A stretch of 64,000 bases of DNA. Origin: Macrostomum hystrix (taxonomy: Eukaryota; Animalia; Platyhelminthes). The stretch is from contig CATNEN010000005.1 of assembly GCA_950097015.1 (NCBI GenBank), positions 496,001 to 560,000 of the forward strand. The letters run 5' to 3'. Position numbers and translations under genes: made by a program. Positions 61,401-64,000 of this stretch are shown one piece after another. How positions within the stretch are numbered: the stretch's first letter is position 1; each line of letters opens with the position of its first letter. The notes under the pieces were generated by a model. That model was given only the letters and a program-made list of their open reading frames with translations. It was not told the origin of the DNA and did no database searches.

Positions 61401-63391
61401 TTCGGTGAGGTGAAGGATCCTTGGCCCGAAAGAAACGAAGTCACAAAGTCTCGAGAAGCACACAGTGCAGAGTTCCAGTTGCAATTACAGGCTGTCAGTG
61501 TCCTGCGTAGCTCGGATGGTGGGGTGGAAGGCTAAGTTAGTTTCGGGACTTAGCCAGAACTGAGCTTACGAGCAGTCACATGCAGAGACTGAAGTAGGAA
61601 ACTTAGACACTGATGGCACAGAGAACAAGCTAAGAACGACGGTTATCAAGAGAAGGTTTAAACAAGGGATAGAAGGGTTAGAGAACCAGAGGAGCGGGGC
61701 CTTTCTTTTATAGGCAGGGGCCTCCCATAGGGTCAGTGCATAGTTAGAAAACACGTGATGAAATCACGTGGTTTCTAAAAATAGCAACTGACGTCAGTGG
61801 CGCCAGAAACGTCACTCCTACGTAGGCTCCTGTCCCATAATCAAAGCCCCAAGTGCAGTAAACATGTTTACGTGCACTTTAGGAGACAAAGAGAGAGGCC
61901 AGTCACGTGAGGAGAATCACGTGCTGACGGAGTGCAGACAAACGCGCACACAAAGAAAGGGACTGGCCAGCGCGGGACAAAGAGGTGATGACTCATCCCT
62001 GGGGGAGAGACAACACACTCTAAGTGCAAGCGCTGCCGCGGGAAAGGGAGGACAAAGAGGGCAGACCGGATAGCGCCAGAGAGGGCGGGCCGGACAGCCA
62101 CTCAGTGCCGGGAAAAGGGAGCCACCTAAGCTACGGCTCACTACAGTGAGTGTGAATTGGTGAGCGTGAATTGGTGAGTGTGAATTGGTGAGTGAGAATT
62201 GACAAGCGTGAGTTGCTGAGTGAGAATTGACAAGCGTGAATTGGTGAGTGTGAATTGACAAGCATGAATTGGTGAGTGTGAGTTGCTGAGTGAGAATTGA
62301 CAAGCGTGAATTGGTGAGTGAGAATTGACAAGCGTGAATTGGTGAGTGAGAATTGACAAGCGTGAGTTGGTGAGTGTTAATTGGTGAGTGTGAATTGGTG
62401 AGTGTGAATTGGTGAGCGTGAATTGGTGAGTGTGAATTGGTGAGTGAGAATTGACAAGCGTGAGTTGCTGAGTGAGAATTGACAAGCGTGAATTGGTGAG
62501 TGTGAATTGACAAGCGTGAGTTGCTGAGTGTTAATTGGTGAGTGTGAATTGGTGAGTGTGAATTGGTGAGCGTGAATTGGTGAGTGTGAATTGGTGAGTG
62601 AGAATTGACAAGTGTGAATTGGTGAGTGTGAATTGACAAGCGTGAATTGGTGCGTGTGAATTGACAAGCGTGAGTTGCTGAGTGAGAATTGACAAGCGTG
62701 AGTTGGTGAGTGTGAATTGGTGAGTGAGAATTGACAAGCGTGAGTTGGTGCGTGTGAATTGACAAGCGTGAGTTGCTGAGTGAGAATTGACAAGCGTGAG
62801 TTGGTGAGTGTGAATTGGTGAGTGAGAATTGACAAGCGTGAGTTGGTGAGTGTGAATTGACAAGCGTGAGTTGGTGAGTGTGAATTGGTGAGCGTGAATT
62901 GGTGAGTGTGAATTGGTGAGTGAGAATTGACAAGTGTGAATTGGTGAGTGTGAATTGACAAGCGTGAGTTGGTGAGTGTGAATCTGTCAGTGTGAGTATC
63001 AGTAGCGTGATATTTTAGTGAATATAAATTAGTTACCGGAACTGATAAGTTTGAATCGTGAATCGTTACATTTTCAAGCATAAATAGACAAATATTAAGC
63101 TTTTTCCAAACACGCGCGCAGGCTGCTGGCGGTAGCATGATCATGCTAGCCAAAGGCAACAGATCTCGCGCTGTTACAGACGCCTGCAAGAAGCACGGCG
63201 GCTTCTATCTCGGCAGCATCGGCGGTCCGGCTGCCATCCTGGCTCAGAACAGCATCAAGAAGGTGGAAGTGTTGGAATATGCCGAACTAGGCATGGAGGC
63301 AGTCTGGCGAGTGCAAGTTGAAAACTTTCCAGCCTTCATTGTGGTTGATAATAAGGGCAACGATTTCTTCAAGCAATGGCAGACGGACTAA
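57911..63391 (+). CDS. fumA: Class I (4Fe-4S) fumarate hydratase, fused two-domain type, with mitochondrial presequence (572 aa, 4 exons)
   Basis: Exons 57911-58447, 59500-59992, 60584-61002 and 63122-63391; all GT/AG, phases 0/1/0, 1719 nt. Motifs: [129 protein letters not shown]. Three Fe-S ligand cysteines are retained. Confidence 0.97.
58555..59430. repeat. 22-bp minisatellite (GATCGACGAATCTCTAGGTATT) in fumarase intron 1
   Basis: Direct repetition. Confidence 0.9.
59500..59992 (+). CDS. fumA: Class I fumarase exon 2
   Basis: ggcag|GTT ... ATT G|gtgagc. Confidence 0.95.
60075..60545. repeat. ~30-bp diverged minisatellite (TTTCGGAATCTTTTCGGTAGGATATCCGAA) in fumarase intron 2
   Basis: Direct repetition. 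Confidence 0.85.
60584..61002 (+). CDS. fumA: Class I fumarase exon 3
   Basis: atgcag|GC ATC GGC ... TTC CAG|gtgagc. Confidence 0.95.
61015..63000. repeat. 14-bp minisatellite (AATTGGTGAGTGTG / AATTGACAAGCGTG) in fumarase intron 3, interrupted by a solo LTR
   Basis: The same array resumes on both sides of 61288-62145. Confidence 0.9.
61288..62145 (-). mobile_element. Solo LTR (858 bp) of an LTR retrotransposon
   Basis: Termini TG...CA (TGTTGTA / CACTACA); 4-bp TSD GTGA (61284-61287, 62146-62149); TATAAAA on the minus strand at 61707-61713; U3-side cluster of CACGTG, TGACGTCA and TGACTCA motifs; no coding remnants. Confidence 0.85.
63122..63391 (+). CDS. fumA: Class I fumarase exon 4
   Basis: cgcgcag|GCT GCT GGC GGT AGC ATG ... 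stop TAA at 63389-63391. Confidence 0.95.
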   Translation, partial: AAGGSMIMLAKGNRSRAVTDACKKHGGFYLGSIGGPAAILAQNSIKKVEVLEYAELGMEAVWRVQVENFPAFIVVDNKGNDFFKQWQTD

Positions 63392-63892
63392 CAATAATAT
63401 CCGGTCACCCATTCTGATGATATGACTATAAAAAATGACACAGTTACTATTAATTAACCTGTCAGCCTTTTTTACGAGTAAGTCGCGTTTCGCTTAGAAG
63501 ATTATGAAGAGCAGCTGGCGATTTTATGAAATAATTATCTTGACCTCGGTGTTTCTTTTATTGTCATTATTTTTTTATTAAAAAGACTTTGTCGTCTTAG
63601 TTTGGTTTGTAATAAAAAAAGTTTTTGTCTACTTTTAGTAGCATAGTCTCGTTAAAATTGCTTTGAATTAAAGCGATGATAGTGAAAAAGGATTGTTGTT
63701 TAAAGGCGCAATGAAATCTTTCAAAGGAAACATATTTTCTGAAAGTAAAAATGCTCAATAAATATGAGTGGCTTTAATTTTCTCTGTCTTAAACCAAGGT
63801 AGATTTTTAATTCTAATGTCGTCAATTGTCGTAACCATTGCTTGTTAGCTTCAAATTTTTCTTTAACCAATATAGTTTTTGAGATTTGCTAG

Positions 63893-64000
63893 ATCAAGAC
63901 TCTCTAGATCTCTAGATCAAGATTTTCTAGGTTTCTAGATTAAGACTCTCTAGATCTCTAGATTAAGACTCTCTAGATCTCTAGATTAAGATTTTCTAGG
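63893..64000. repeat. Minisatellite (TCTCTAGATCTCTAGATTAAGAC) running off the window end
   Basis: Direct repetition. Confidence 0.8.

Noticed and set aside
57911-63391. Bacterial contamination as the source of the class I fumarase
   Set aside because: Three GT-AG introns with satellites and an LTR, a mitochondrial presequence, and contiguity with a spliced animal PCBP gene.

Overview
Eukaryotic (animal) genomic DNA that is very rich in tandem repeats. It is probably a lophotrochozoan invertebrate; a free-living flatworm is a guess from the repeat load, the class I fumarase and the Sm-alpha-like hammerhead element. Three genes can be modelled. (1) The 3' part of a CD225/dispanin-like membrane protein gene (+, about 0.9-1.35 kb). 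(2) A complete triple-KH poly(rC)-binding protein gene (PCBP/hnRNP E/mub family; -, 4149-13809, 9-10 coding exons including 24- and 33-nt microexons). (3) A complete 4-exon, mitochondrially targeted class I (Fe-S) fumarate hydratase gene (+, 57911-63391, 572 aa). About 44 kb between these genes, and most large introns, hold more than 25 different minisatellites, which explain nearly all long ORFs in the track. Mobile DNA includes tRNA-derived and CORE-type SINEs, MITE-like elements and an 858-bp solo LTR with a 4-bp TSD. The most striking object is a ~290-bp element flanked by CT satellite and present twice (15209-15455, 47309-47600). In it a minimal type-I hammerhead ribozyme sits between the A box and B box of a tRNA-Ser-like Pol III unit, bracketed by 18-bp inverted repeats. 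All calls are by-eye readings without database searches; repeat boundaries are approximate.
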